IMG/VR virus record: IMGVR_UViG_3300042935_001404
Reading direction: 5' to 3' (one strand)
DNA: 64,000 bases
Origin: a virus
Taxonomy: Duplodnaviria; Caudoviricetes
The position numbers and the translations under genes were made by a program. The notes beneath the pieces are model-generated. The model did not search any database. It worked only from the letters and a program-made list of their open reading frames with translations, and had not been told where the DNA came from. Positions 11,493-20,518 of the stretch are shown piece by piece. Each line of letters opens with the position of its first letter. Within the stretch, counting starts at the first letter, position 1.

Positions 11493-12532
11493 TAGATCAA
11501 ATTGAAATTACTTTAAAAGGCAATGACAACAGCACTACGACAGTGTGGATTGATGTTGCAGATAACAGCTTGAGTCACAAATGGCTTGCCGCATTAAATA
11601 CCCTAATCCGTAACAATTATCATTTGGAAAAGAATTACTGTTTTTTTGGATTTGTGCAAAGTCAACGCAACGCAGAATACTTAACCGAACAAATGAACAG
11701 TAGTATTGCTGCCATTAATGCTGCCAACATTGGATATCATATTGACGATTATTTTTCAACTGCTAATACTATTGCGCCCGATGTAAAGTTAATACATGAT
11801 AAGTTAAACTATCTACATCGTTACTTTGAAGATTTGCAAGGTATATCGGGTGCAATGAGTCCTTTTTATACCAAAGCAGATCCCGTGACACGATGGCATA
11901 TAAGACAATTAAATTTGTTATGTCATGAATACGAAAGTCTTGTTCTCAGTATGCGCAAAGCACTTTATACACCTGAATGGCAACGACCTAGTCAACTCAT
12001 GTGTTGGTTACACGCACCGCGATTTGTGTTAGATGAACAAGATTATGAACTGTTTGGAGTTGAAACAATCAATAGGCCACTGGGTGGAGTTTTTGTAGGC
12101 GTAAATAAAGCTGTAGGCAAACACCATTGGGAAGTGTTCAATGATGAAGGACGAGACAGCCGTGTAGGAGAGTTAATAACTACAACGCTAAAACCACAAA
12201 CAGAAGCCGCCGGCGACTTTGACATTGAATGGGCCAACAATCCTGGCACATTTCCGTGGCAGCAAAAAACCTTGACAGATTTTAGAGTATGGTTAACAAA
12301 CAACGGGTTTGATCCAGAAGATAAAAGTCTAACCATTGGACATCCGCAGGTGGCACAGGTAGATTTAATCCGTAGTTTTGGAACAGATAACTATGTAGAT
12401 ATATGGAACACCTTAGGAAGTCATCTTAACGTGCATAAAATACGCACCAGTGATGCAACAGCTACATACAGTTATAATTGGACAGATGCAGATTATGCAG
12501 ATCAACAAATTAAAATAATACAAGGGACATGA
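11489..12532 (+). CDS. hypothetical protein
   Basis: long ORF overlapping upstream stop (ATGA). Confidence 0.75.
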   Translation: MIDQIEITLKGNDNSTTTVWIDVADNSLSHKWLAALNTLIRNNYHLEKNYCFFGFVQSQRNAEYLTEQMNSSIAAINAANIGYHIDDYFSTANTIAPDVKLIHDKLNYLHRYFEDLQGISGAMSPFYTKADPVTRWHIRQLNLLCHEYESLVLSMRKALYTPEWQRPSQLMCWLHAPRFVLDEQDYELFGVETINRPLGGVFVGVNKAVGKHHWEVFNDEGRDSRVGELITTTLKPQTEAAGDFDIEWANNPGTFPWQQKTLTDFRVWLTNNGFDPEDKSLTIGHPQVAQVDLIRSFGTDNYVDIWNTLGSHLNVHKIRTSDATATYSYNWTDADYADQQIKIIQGT

Positions 12533-12533
12533 T

Positions 12534-12635
12534 ATGAACTGGATTAAAAATTTATACAATCGTATTCGTTTAGAAATACGCTATCGTAAAAAACTAAAAG
12601 AACTACGTAAACGAGATCCTTTTATCTACAAATGA
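12534..12635 (+). CDS. 33-aa basic small protein MNWIKNLYNRIRLEIRYRKKLKELRKRDPFIYK
   Basis: fills gap exactly; stop overlaps next ATG (ATGA); translated by hand. Confidence 0.65.
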   Translation: MNWIKNLYNRIRLEIRYRKKLKELRKRDPFIYK

Positions 12636-14143
12636 AGTTGAAAACATATTTGGGTGTCAGTGCCGGGTTTCACGATGCCGCTGTGAGTGTAATTCAGTCT
12701 GACGGCAGTGTACTTTTTGCCGGGCATGCAGAACGCTACAGCAAAAACAAAAACGATGCACATCTAAATGATTCGATCATTGCAGAAGCAATGTCATACG
12801 CAACTCCGGATGTGATTGCATACTATGAACGTCCGTGGGTCAAAAAACTACAACAACTATATTCGGGACAATATGAGGAAGCCTTTGATTTTGGGAATTT
12901 TACTTTGGATCAGTATTTGCATAAACATCTATCTGATACTGTTCATCGGCAGCAACTACTACGATGCCCTAGAAAATATATGTCCCATCATCATAGTCAC
13001 GCCGCCGCAGGATTCCAATCCAGCCCCTATAACAGGGCCACAGTGGTTGTAATTGATGCCATTGGTGAATTAGACACCGTAACTATCTGGGGAGCAGAAT
13101 ATGATCGATCAGGCATGGCAACGTATAAAAAACTTTGGACACAGCGTTACCCACATTCAATTGGATTGTTCTACTCTGCGGCTACTGGCAGCGTTGGCCT
13201 ACGCCCACTAGACGAAGAATATATCTTGATGGGTATGGCCGCATATGGCAATGCTAGTCACGCTGTTAAAATGCAAGCATTGGTAGAAGATGTAGACACC
13301 ATACGCTTTTGTGAAAATCTACACACAGGAATAGACAGTCAATACCTGCAAGATTTAACTGAGTTTGATATTGCCGCAGGTGCACAAGCCATTGCGGAAC
13401 AATTGATCAACAGCGTGATGCGCAGAGCCAGAGACTTTGGCTGGAGCAACAACTTGGTCTACATGGGCGGTGTTGCTCTCAACTGTAGTGCTAACCGCAA
13501 CCTAGGAGAATACTTTGATAATATTTGGATTATGCCTTGTCCTGGTGACGCTGGCAGTAGTTTGGGCGCGGCAGCACTTGCATACGGAAAACAGATACAT
13601 TGGAAAAACGCCTATTTGGGTTGTGTTATTCCGGGTGCTTATCCTGTTGCTGATATTGTATCTTGCTTACTAAGCGATAAAATTGTTGGTGTTGCTAGTG
13701 GTCGTGCTGAGTTTGGCCCTAGGGCTCTCGGCAATAGGAGTTTATTAGCAGACCCGCGTGGTGCAGACATAAAGGATCGTGTAAATGATATTAAAAGACG
13801 ACAGCAATTCAGACCATTTGCGCCGGTTATTTTGGAGGAGCATGTTGATATGTATTTTGATATGCCTCATGGCTTCCATAACAGTAGGTATATGCAAGTC
13901 ATCGCTCGCTGTAGGCATCCTCACATATTTCCTGCTATCGTTCATAGGGACGGCACTAGTAGGGTACAGACTGTTCCTAAGGATGGCTCCGGAATAAGAC
14001 AACTGCTAGAAGAATGGTACAAGGCAACAGGTTGTCCTATGTTGCTTAACACAAGTCTTAACATACGTGGCGAACCCATGGTAAATGATCGTGCAGACGC
14101 AGATAGATTTGAACAATTATACGGAGTAAAAGTCTGCTCATGA
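12632..14143 (+). CDS. carbamoyltransferase (NodU/CmcH family)
   Basis: HDAA, HHHSHAA, GGVALNC, GDAG, EFGPRALGNRS, RPFAP, LLNTSLN. Confidence 0.92.
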   Translation: MKLKTYLGVSAGFHDAAVSVIQSDGSVLFAGHAERYSKNKNDAHLNDSIIAEAMSYATPDVIAYYERPWVKKLQQLYSGQYEEAFDFGNFTLDQYLHKHLSDTVHRQQLLRCPRKYMSHHHSHAAAGFQSSPYNRATVVVIDAIGELDTVTIWGAEYDRSGMATYKKLWTQRYPHSIGLFYSAATGSVGLRPLDEEYILMGMAAYGNASHAVKMQALVEDVDTIRFCENLHTGIDSQYLQDLTEFDIAAGAQAIAEQLINSVMRRARDFGWSNNLVYMGGVALNCSANRNLGEYFDNIWIMPCPGDAGSSLGAAALAYGKQIHWKNAYLGCVIPGAYPVADIVSCLLSDKIVGVASGRAEFGPRALGNRSLLADPRGADIKDRVNDIKRRQQFRPFAPVILEEHVDMYFDMPHGFHNSRYMQVIARCRHPHIFPAIVHRDGTSRVQTVPKDGSGIRQLLEEWYKATGCPMLLNTSLNIRGEPMVNDRADADRFEQLYGVKVCS

Positions 14144-15405
14144 CTGATAAACAAGTATTTCCAATCAAAACAGACACAGGATGCTTGCTCAAGTGGGCCT
14201 GGAGCACTGTGTACTTAAATCAAGGCACAAGTGCTAGTTGTCACCGTACAGACCAACAACCCATACCTCCAGACAACTTTGAAAGTTTTCATAATCTGCC
14301 AAACAAAATAGAAGCCAGGCAAATGATGTTGCGTGGCGAATGGCCACAGGGTGGTTGTCAGTACTGCGAAAAGATTGAAACAGCTGGCGGCATGAGCGAC
14401 AGACAATATCAATTACATGCTCGTCATGACCTGGATCGTACTCCGCACGAGTTGTTTAAAGATCCAACTACGTTGGAAGTTGTACCTACCATATTAGAAG
14501 TATATTTCAACAATGTATGCAACATGGCCTGCTTGTATTGCGGCAGTCACTTTAGTACAAAATGGGAAGAAGAGAACCGACGATTTGGTGTGTTTACACA
14601 AGGCAATGTAAACTTTGGGCACAACACACAATCTAATCCCAACTATGAGCGCATGCTGGCAGACTTTTGGCGCTACCTGGAAGAGAAAGATCGTTACAAA
14701 CACATACGCTACTATCAAATACTGGGTGGCGAGCCTTTCTTCCAGGATGAGTTTGACATCAGCATGGACTTCTGGGAAAGTCATCCCAATCCAGAACTTA
14801 CATTTAACATTATTACCAACCTAAAGGTACCACCTAAAAAGTTCCAAGCCTACATTGATCGCTTTGGCAAGATGGTTGAGTCTGGCGCACTAAAACGATT
14901 GCAAATCACAGGTAGTATAGATGCCTGGGGACCACAAGAAGAATATGTGCGGTGGGGATTAGACTTGGCCGAGTGGACAGAAAACTGGGAATATCTACTA
15001 GACAAAGACTGGGTTGTGATGTGCGTGAACAGTGCAGTGTCGGCATTGACAATTAAAACAGCACCTGAGCTAGTGGAAAAGATAAACGAGTGGAACGATC
15101 GTCGCAATCCGTGGAATCCTATTAGCTACAGTTTCATGAGTGTGATGACCCCGCCTGAAATGGTTCCAGACATATTTGGACCAGGCGTGTTTGAACAGGA
15201 CTTTGCACGTTTACTGGCCGCAATGCGAGAACGCAATCCCAGCGAAGTCAGTGCTAAAGAACACATGCGTGGCATTATGAAACAGATTGTAGCAGGACCT
15301 CGCAACGCAGAACGTATTGCTGATTTGAAAGTTTATCTGACTGAAATAGATCGACGTCGTGTCACTGATTGGAAACTGTTGTTTCCGTGGCTGATAGAAC
15401 TATAA
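14140..15405 (+). CDS. radical SAM protein with N-terminal SPASM/Twitch-like domain
   Basis: CNMACLYC, LGGEP; CLLKW..SCHR..CQYC. Confidence 0.9.
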   Translation: MTDKQVFPIKTDTGCLLKWAWSTVYLNQGTSASCHRTDQQPIPPDNFESFHNLPNKIEARQMMLRGEWPQGGCQYCEKIETAGGMSDRQYQLHARHDLDRTPHELFKDPTTLEVVPTILEVYFNNVCNMACLYCGSHFSTKWEEENRRFGVFTQGNVNFGHNTQSNPNYERMLADFWRYLEEKDRYKHIRYYQILGGEPFFQDEFDISMDFWESHPNPELTFNIITNLKVPPKKFQAYIDRFGKMVESGALKRLQITGSIDAWGPQEEYVRWGLDLAEWTENWEYLLDKDWVVMCVNSAVSALTIKTAPELVEKINEWNDRRNPWNPISYSFMSVMTPPEMVPDIFGPGVFEQDFARLLAAMRERNPSEVSAKEHMRGIMKQIVAGPRNAERIADLKVYLTEIDRRRVTDWKLLFPWLIEL

Positions 15406-16199
15406 TAGTCTAGGTTGCTGGGTGCGGACCGTTGGTTGTCCATCTGTTCAAGATCTAATGCTGCCAACACATCCTTACTAGTGGTTGGTTCACGCAATGC
15501 TCGGCCTTGTACATGAATCAAGTCCTGTGCTTGATTATAATGCCAACCCGGATCAATTAGTTCTAACCTATTATTTAATAATACGCCAATACTGGTAAAA
15601 ACACACTTAGGTGGAATTAACAAATTTTTAACGTTGTCAAATTGTTCCAAGGATATTGCGTTTATTAATGATGTCAGCCCAATAGGTCGATCCTGGAAGC
15701 ACAGTTCAAATGCTCCGCCGCATAGATATACATTTTCAACGTCAGGATACTGTGAATTGAGCAAATATACCACCTGGTCCAGAGTCCAGGCCGCAAACAT
15801 TTTCTGATCCTGTCTGAGAGGCATAGTTAACACAGCCGGATTAGTGACTGGTGTATCATGAAGTATAAATTGATTTACAACAGGTCCATGATGGTTGTCA
15901 GAGATTATCTGTGCATGTTCTTGTGCCAACCAGGCTGAACCTGTGTAGGCTGGAACAGCAGGATTGAGATCGGGATTGAACACCTGTCTACTGTTGTGCC
16001 AAATTGGCGATTCTATTGGCGTTGCTGATGTTCCGTGCAATTCGTATTCTGTGTAAGATGCAACCACTATGCACTTTACAAAATCTTGTTGAATAAACTC
16101 GGCTAAGTGTTTAAACATTTGATGCGGCCGATGGCCAACTGGATCTAGCCATGCATCAATGACAATAACCGCACTTGGAGTTCGAAACTTACTGGACAT
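15333..16199 (-). CDS. hypothetical protein (weak cysteine-hydrolase/isochorismatase-like N-terminus)
   Basis: AVIVIDAW N-terminus; convergent 73-nt overlap with previous gene. Confidence 0.5.
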   Translation of the reverse strand: MSSKFRTPSAVIVIDAWLDPVGHRPHQMFKHLAEFIQQDFVKCIVVASYTEYELHGTSATPIESPIWHNSRQVFNPDLNPAVPAYTGSAWLAQEHAQIISDNHHGPVVNQFILHDTPVTNPAVLTMPLRQDQKMFAAWTLDQVVYLLNSQYPDVENVYLCGGAFELCFQDRPIGLTSLINAISLEQFDNVKNLLIPPKCVFTSIGVLLNNRLELIDPGWHYNQAQDLIHVQGRALREPTTSKDVLAALDLEQMDNQRSAPSNLDYYSSISHGNNSFQSVTRRRSISVR

Positions 16200-17220
16200 G
16201 ACACAGTTCTACTAAACTGGGATTAAACTGTATGCGTCCTGCATATTCCGAATATGCTGTGCCTAAAAAGTACATGGCTGCTGAATGATCTGTATGAGAG
16301 ATGTTGCCAATCACATCATGTTCAGCATAATTGACCCATGTGCCCCAATCTTCTAAGCGGTTAATCACTCCGCTAAATCCCATATCAACACATAGTCGAC
16401 AGAAGTTCTGCATGTCTTGATAGTTGTCTTGCTGTAGCACAAACTTTAACAGTACTTCTGCACCTGTACGTTCTACAGTGCCCTGCAACCAAGTTAAGTT
16501 GGTAATCAACTGTGACCACTGTCCTCCTAGACGCACACGTTCATATACTGGAGCAGAGCCTGCATCTATGCTGATAAAATACTGTGTAATGTGATCAAGT
16601 ATAGGAGAATCATCCAGTTGTTTTTTCAATAACAAGCCATTGGTGAACAACCGAATAGTTTGATTGGGGCCTGGACAAAATTCTCGTATCAATGGTCGCA
16701 TAATAGCACTGGCCAACGGATCGCCGTTGCCACTCATTACAATGTGGCAAGGTTCTTTAAATTCTTCTAACAAACGACGTATGTGTTGTACCTGTGCTAG
16801 TTTGCGATCATACTCGTCGCCAGAGTTGATCATTATTGCCGCAGGCCTGCAACTTGGGCAACGTAGATTACAACTTTCGTCAACGTTGATGCTGACCACG
16901 TGTGTTGTATCTATTTTGCTAGAGTGTACCACACCACATCGATCAACAGCACAATGTGTATAAGCACCAGAATCAATGTCGGCTTGTAATGCCAATGCTG
17001 ACTTGCTGTTCCATACACTGGCCAATGAATCAAAGTCTGAAATTTGTCCTACACTGATTGGCAACCATGCTTCGCATCCACATACAAAACAATCACCTTT
17101 CCAGTCTATAACCAATTGGCGACTGGGTGCATTGCAGTGATTGTCAATTGTTAATTTTAAATCTGCATTGCGCGGTATTGAATTGTAGGAGTGCCGGTTA
17201 GCAATTGGAATGACAAACAT
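16189..17220 (-). CDS. radical SAM/SPASM-like protein
   Basis: CNLRCPSC, SGNGDP, FTNG; N-terminal Cys cluster CNAP..CFVCGC..CAVDRC. Confidence 0.85.
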   Translation of the reverse strand: MFVIPIANRHSYNSIPRNADLKLTIDNHCNAPSRQLVIDWKGDCFVCGCEAWLPISVGQISDFDSLASVWNSKSALALQADIDSGAYTHCAVDRCGVVHSSKIDTTHVVSINVDESCNLRCPSCRPAAIMINSGDEYDRKLAQVQHIRRLLEEFKEPCHIVMSGNGDPLASAIMRPLIREFCPGPNQTIRLFTNGLLLKKQLDDSPILDHITQYFISIDAGSAPVYERVRLGGQWSQLITNLTWLQGTVERTGAEVLLKFVLQQDNYQDMQNFCRLCVDMGFSGVINRLEDWGTWVNYAEHDVIGNISHTDHSAAMYFLGTAYSEYAGRIQFNPSLVELCHVQ

Positions 17221-18239
17221 TATAGATATGTTTCTAAGCCGCCTCGGCGTGTCAAGTCCTGTGTACAGCAACTGATGCCACCATCCCAGAAGTAACTATG
17301 ACGCAGTTCACTAATAATTGGATTGATACGATGCCGTTTACAGAAATCAAACACATCTCTGTTGTACGCACTGAAGATAACATTTTCTTCGTCCAGCACT
17401 AAACAATTGACATCAAACACTGTTTCGGCAACAAAGCCGGTCCATTTGTTCAAGTATGTGTCAACAAACTTTGTAAACTCCTGTGTGGGGGTTTGTCCTT
17501 GCACATACCATGCTCCAGGGCTTTGTTCGTACTTGAACTTGCCTATTTCCATGGCTGCCCAGATACTGCTATCCCAAATCTTTAGCACTTCCCATCCTGG
17601 AAAGTCCTTGGCAAGATCTAAGTTGACATCGTGCTTGCTAGACAAAATAACACCGGGCTTGAGAATAGCAAACACAGCATCGCCGTGGCCGTCTGTTACT
17701 GCTTCGTGTATACGATACTCTGGGCCCAAGCAGTTGTCCACAATCCAACGTGTTTGTTCTGGCTTTAGATAATCACTGTTGTCAAAGAATACGTCACGCC
17801 CTACACGCACAATACAACTAGCACTTGCTTGGTTAAGAATGCAGTCAGCATCCCACCGACCGTTATGTGGACTGATCACTTGGTCTGCATATTCTGCACA
17901 AATGTCGTCCAGTTCTTCCATTGGTAACACACGCAGTAACTTTTGTCCCAGACTAATTTGCCAATCACGTGGAGTCAACGGAGGCAAAGGTGCACCACCG
18001 TTTTCTGTTTGCCACCACACAAATTGATCCTTGGGTGGTAAGTTGGGACGACGTACACGAGCACCATAGGTTTCGATGGTCTTTTGCAGGTTGTTTAAAT
18101 CTTCCTCAGTCTCGGCTAGAATTTGTTGTAGTTGATTGCGCACCTGCGGATTGTCAATAAAGTCAAAATAATCTGGACTGTAAGCACGACCCACAATAAC
18201 TTCTTCTAAGGGTTGCCAACTGGTGTAGGAATTAATCAT
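17220..18239 (-). CDS. amidinotransferase family protein
   Basis: WQPLEEVIVGRA, PRD, GHGD, C-terminal GGISCCT with catalytic Cys. Confidence 0.85.
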   Translation of the reverse strand: MINSYTSWQPLEEVIVGRAYSPDYFDFIDNPQVRNQLQQILAETEEDLNNLQKTIETYGARVRRPNLPPKDQFVWWQTENGGAPLPPLTPRDWQISLGQKLLRVLPMEELDDICAEYADQVISPHNGRWDADCILNQASASCIVRVGRDVFFDNSDYLKPEQTRWIVDNCLGPEYRIHEAVTDGHGDAVFAILKPGVILSSKHDVNLDLAKDFPGWEVLKIWDSSIWAAMEIGKFKYEQSPGAWYVQGQTPTQEFTKFVDTYLNKWTGFVAETVFDVNCLVLDEENVIFSAYNRDVFDFCKRHRINPIISELRHSYFWDGGISCCTQDLTRRGGLETYL

Positions 18240-19419
18240 TGTGTATTCTTTCTAATAGAGTATTTAATCTGTGGGCTTTTGAGCTACAAAATAACTGTTG
18301 GTTGTGTTCAACATCTGATCGGCAAGATTCAAACCAGGTGTGCAAGTCTTGCGACTTTAGTTGTGCAATTGTTTTACGCACAGCAATCCAACGTTCAGTA
18401 TTATCTTGTATTGTATCGTAACTGTTGTCTACGACATGATCAAATGTACGATAACCTAGGTCTCGCAATGCAGACAAGGATCCAGGGCATCCTACTACAA
18501 CAAAAGGTTGTCCGTGTTTGATTGCTTTGAATGTTTTTTCAGTTAAAAACGCACCACCTGATCCGTCTGCATCAAAGTGTGTTTCTAATACTATATTACA
18601 GTAACTATCTGTAAAATGATTGGTTTCTATTAGGTGATGATCGTTGTGTTGTTCGTGTGTGAGTGCATCGCATGTGTATGGACCGTTGCTTAAAAACTGT
18701 TTGATGTCTTCTCGAATTTCAAGAGTATCAACCTCAATGGGATTGTCAGTTTCGGCTTCATCTGTCACAATGTCAGTTCCGTAACTCCAGTAACTGTTGT
18801 CTAGTAATCCCTCACGGTGTAGGTCTGTCATCACAGTGGCCCTCCACCATTTGTGTGTTCTGCTTAGTACTGTAAAGTCACGCAATCGTCGATTGGTGTG
18901 TACAGGTGTTGGGGGTATTTGTTGATTGCGATGCCAGTATAGAAGTTCGTGATCTGGAAAATACACAAAGCCTGGAATGCCATTGGCTGCTGTATTGCCA
19001 CTGACAAACCGGTAGCAGTTGGGTGGCAGCAAATGATTTTGACACAGTTCGTCTAGTCGATCTTTGATACGGAATGGATTGTCACCTTCGTGATAGTAAA
19101 ACAGCACAGTTAGTTCTTCTCGACGCAACTGACGTCGTACCACCTCAGTCATTAAAGCAAAGTAATCAACATCAAAGTTAAAAAAGCCTAGTCCTACTGT
19201 GTAGTAAGCACCACTTGTAAGATTGCTAAGATCAGATAACTTATACTTGATGCCGTGTGTGTTGAAATGTTCGTACAACTCAGCAGGAACTGTATTGGGC
19301 CAATGCTGTACAAATTCACGCCATTCTGCAGTGTAAGGTTGTGCCTGCCACCGTGCTAGTGCAGGATATGCTTTGTTACGAACTACGCGGTCAGCAACAA
19401 AGTTATTTGCGTAGTCCAT
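18232..19419 (-). CDS. putative glycosyltransferase-like protein (ET..TEK family)
   Basis: NIVLETHF..LTEKTFKAI..QPF..GYRTF..DNSYD. Confidence 0.45.
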   Translation of the reverse strand: MDYANNFVADRVVRNKAYPALARWQAQPYTAEWREFVQHWPNTVPAELYEHFNTHGIKYKLSDLSNLTSGAYYTVGLGFFNFDVDYFALMTEVVRRQLRREELTVLFYYHEGDNPFRIKDRLDELCQNHLLPPNCYRFVSGNTAANGIPGFVYFPDHELLYWHRNQQIPPTPVHTNRRLRDFTVLSRTHKWWRATVMTDLHREGLLDNSYWSYGTDIVTDEAETDNPIEVDTLEIREDIKQFLSNGPYTCDALTHEQHNDHHLIETNHFTDSYCNIVLETHFDADGSGGAFLTEKTFKAIKHGQPFVVVGCPGSLSALRDLGYRTFDHVVDNSYDTIQDNTERWIAVRKTIAQLKSQDLHTWFESCRSDVEHNQQLFCSSKAHRLNTLLERIHND

Positions 19420-20518
19420 GGAGCATGCTAGTTAGTTCTGGCCATAATACGTTTGTCAGGCCACCCCTGTAAAAATGGCGGAAGTTGTGTTCCACGAGAG
19501 GTAAACACGCACGATGTATTGATTGGCGCTCTCTTGCACTTTGATTGTCTAGATCTTTTAGTAATCGAGCGACCTTTTCCACACGTAGCACGTCGTCGGT
19601 TTCGGCATCATAGCTTTCATCAAATATGTCATCAAAAGTTTTAAATCCGTAACTGCGCATATACTCTAAGCTGTGGGCAGGTGCAACCAATACAAATGGC
19701 ATTTCTAATGCAATAGCTTTAAATGTTTTTTCTGTTATGTGTGTTCTGCGTCCAAAGTATACAGTTTCGGTAGGAACATATACCAAACTGTCTTGTGCTT
19801 CTGCATAGTTACCTAGCCAGCAACTGGTCATCTGTTGTGATTCTTCTCCTGCAAACAATCTTGGCAAGGCAGCATGTTCAAACACTTGCGAAATATCTGG
19901 ATATGTGTTACAATACTTGTTGGCCACAACACTTATATCAACATTTTCGTATTGGCATACTCGTGGCACACTGATATGATTGTGTTCTAAACCTTGTTTG
20001 AATACATTATACAAAAACAACACACGATGATCACGCTTGCCACCTACAATACGATTGGGACTCATAAAAGTCCGTGTGGGCGCACGATCTCTTGCTCGAG
20101 GAATTAAGAATGACTTGTCATAACCGCGGAACCAGTCTTGACAGGCCCAGCCGTGGTAAAAATAATAGTGACTTTTCCATCCGTATGTTTCACATAGACG
20201 TTCAACATACTCGCCATGTTCACTTACAACAACATGACCAAATTGGGTTGGCTTTACTTGATTATGTTGATGCCACCACAAATCTATATTCCGTCTTGCT
20301 ACATCATCAAACAATGGCCGATATTCTTCCGTCCAGCACGGCTCTTGATCGTGCATCCATACATAGTCAGTTTCTATAATGTCATCACTGCCCAAGTTAA
20401 ATAAAGCATCCGGGTCAGTTTGTCCTGGCGGATCACAAAAAAACAATCTCGTACCTGGTAGATTTTTTTCTATCCAAGGCCAAAAAGTATTATTATAAAT
20501 CTCGTCTATTCTTATCAT
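19403..20518 (-). CDS. putative glycosyltransferase-like protein (ET..TEK family)
   Basis: VPTETVYF..ITEKTFKAI..MPF..GFKTF..DESYD. Confidence 0.45.
   Translation of the reverse strand: MIRIDEIYNNTFWPWIEKNLPGTRLFFCDPPGQTDPDALFNLGSDDIIETDYVWMHDQEPCWTEEYRPLFDDVARRNIDLWWHQHNQVKPTQFGHVVVSEHGEYVERLCETYGWKSHYYFYHGWACQDWFRGYDKSFLIPRARDRAPTRTFMSPNRIVGGKRDHRVLFLYNVFKQGLEHNHISVPRVCQYENVDISVVANKYCNTYPDISQVFEHAALPRLFAGEESQQMTSCWLGNYAEAQDSLVYVPTETVYFGRRTHITEKTFKAIALEMPFVLVAPAHSLEYMRSYGFKTFDDIFDESYDAETDDVLRVEKVARLLKDLDNQSARERQSIHRACLPLVEHNFRHFYRGGLTNVLWPELTSMLHGLRK

Noticed and set aside
1925-17220. Naming the radical SAM genes as moaA, pqqE or anSME
   Set aside because: Domain order is inverted and no partner genes are present; specific symbols unsupported
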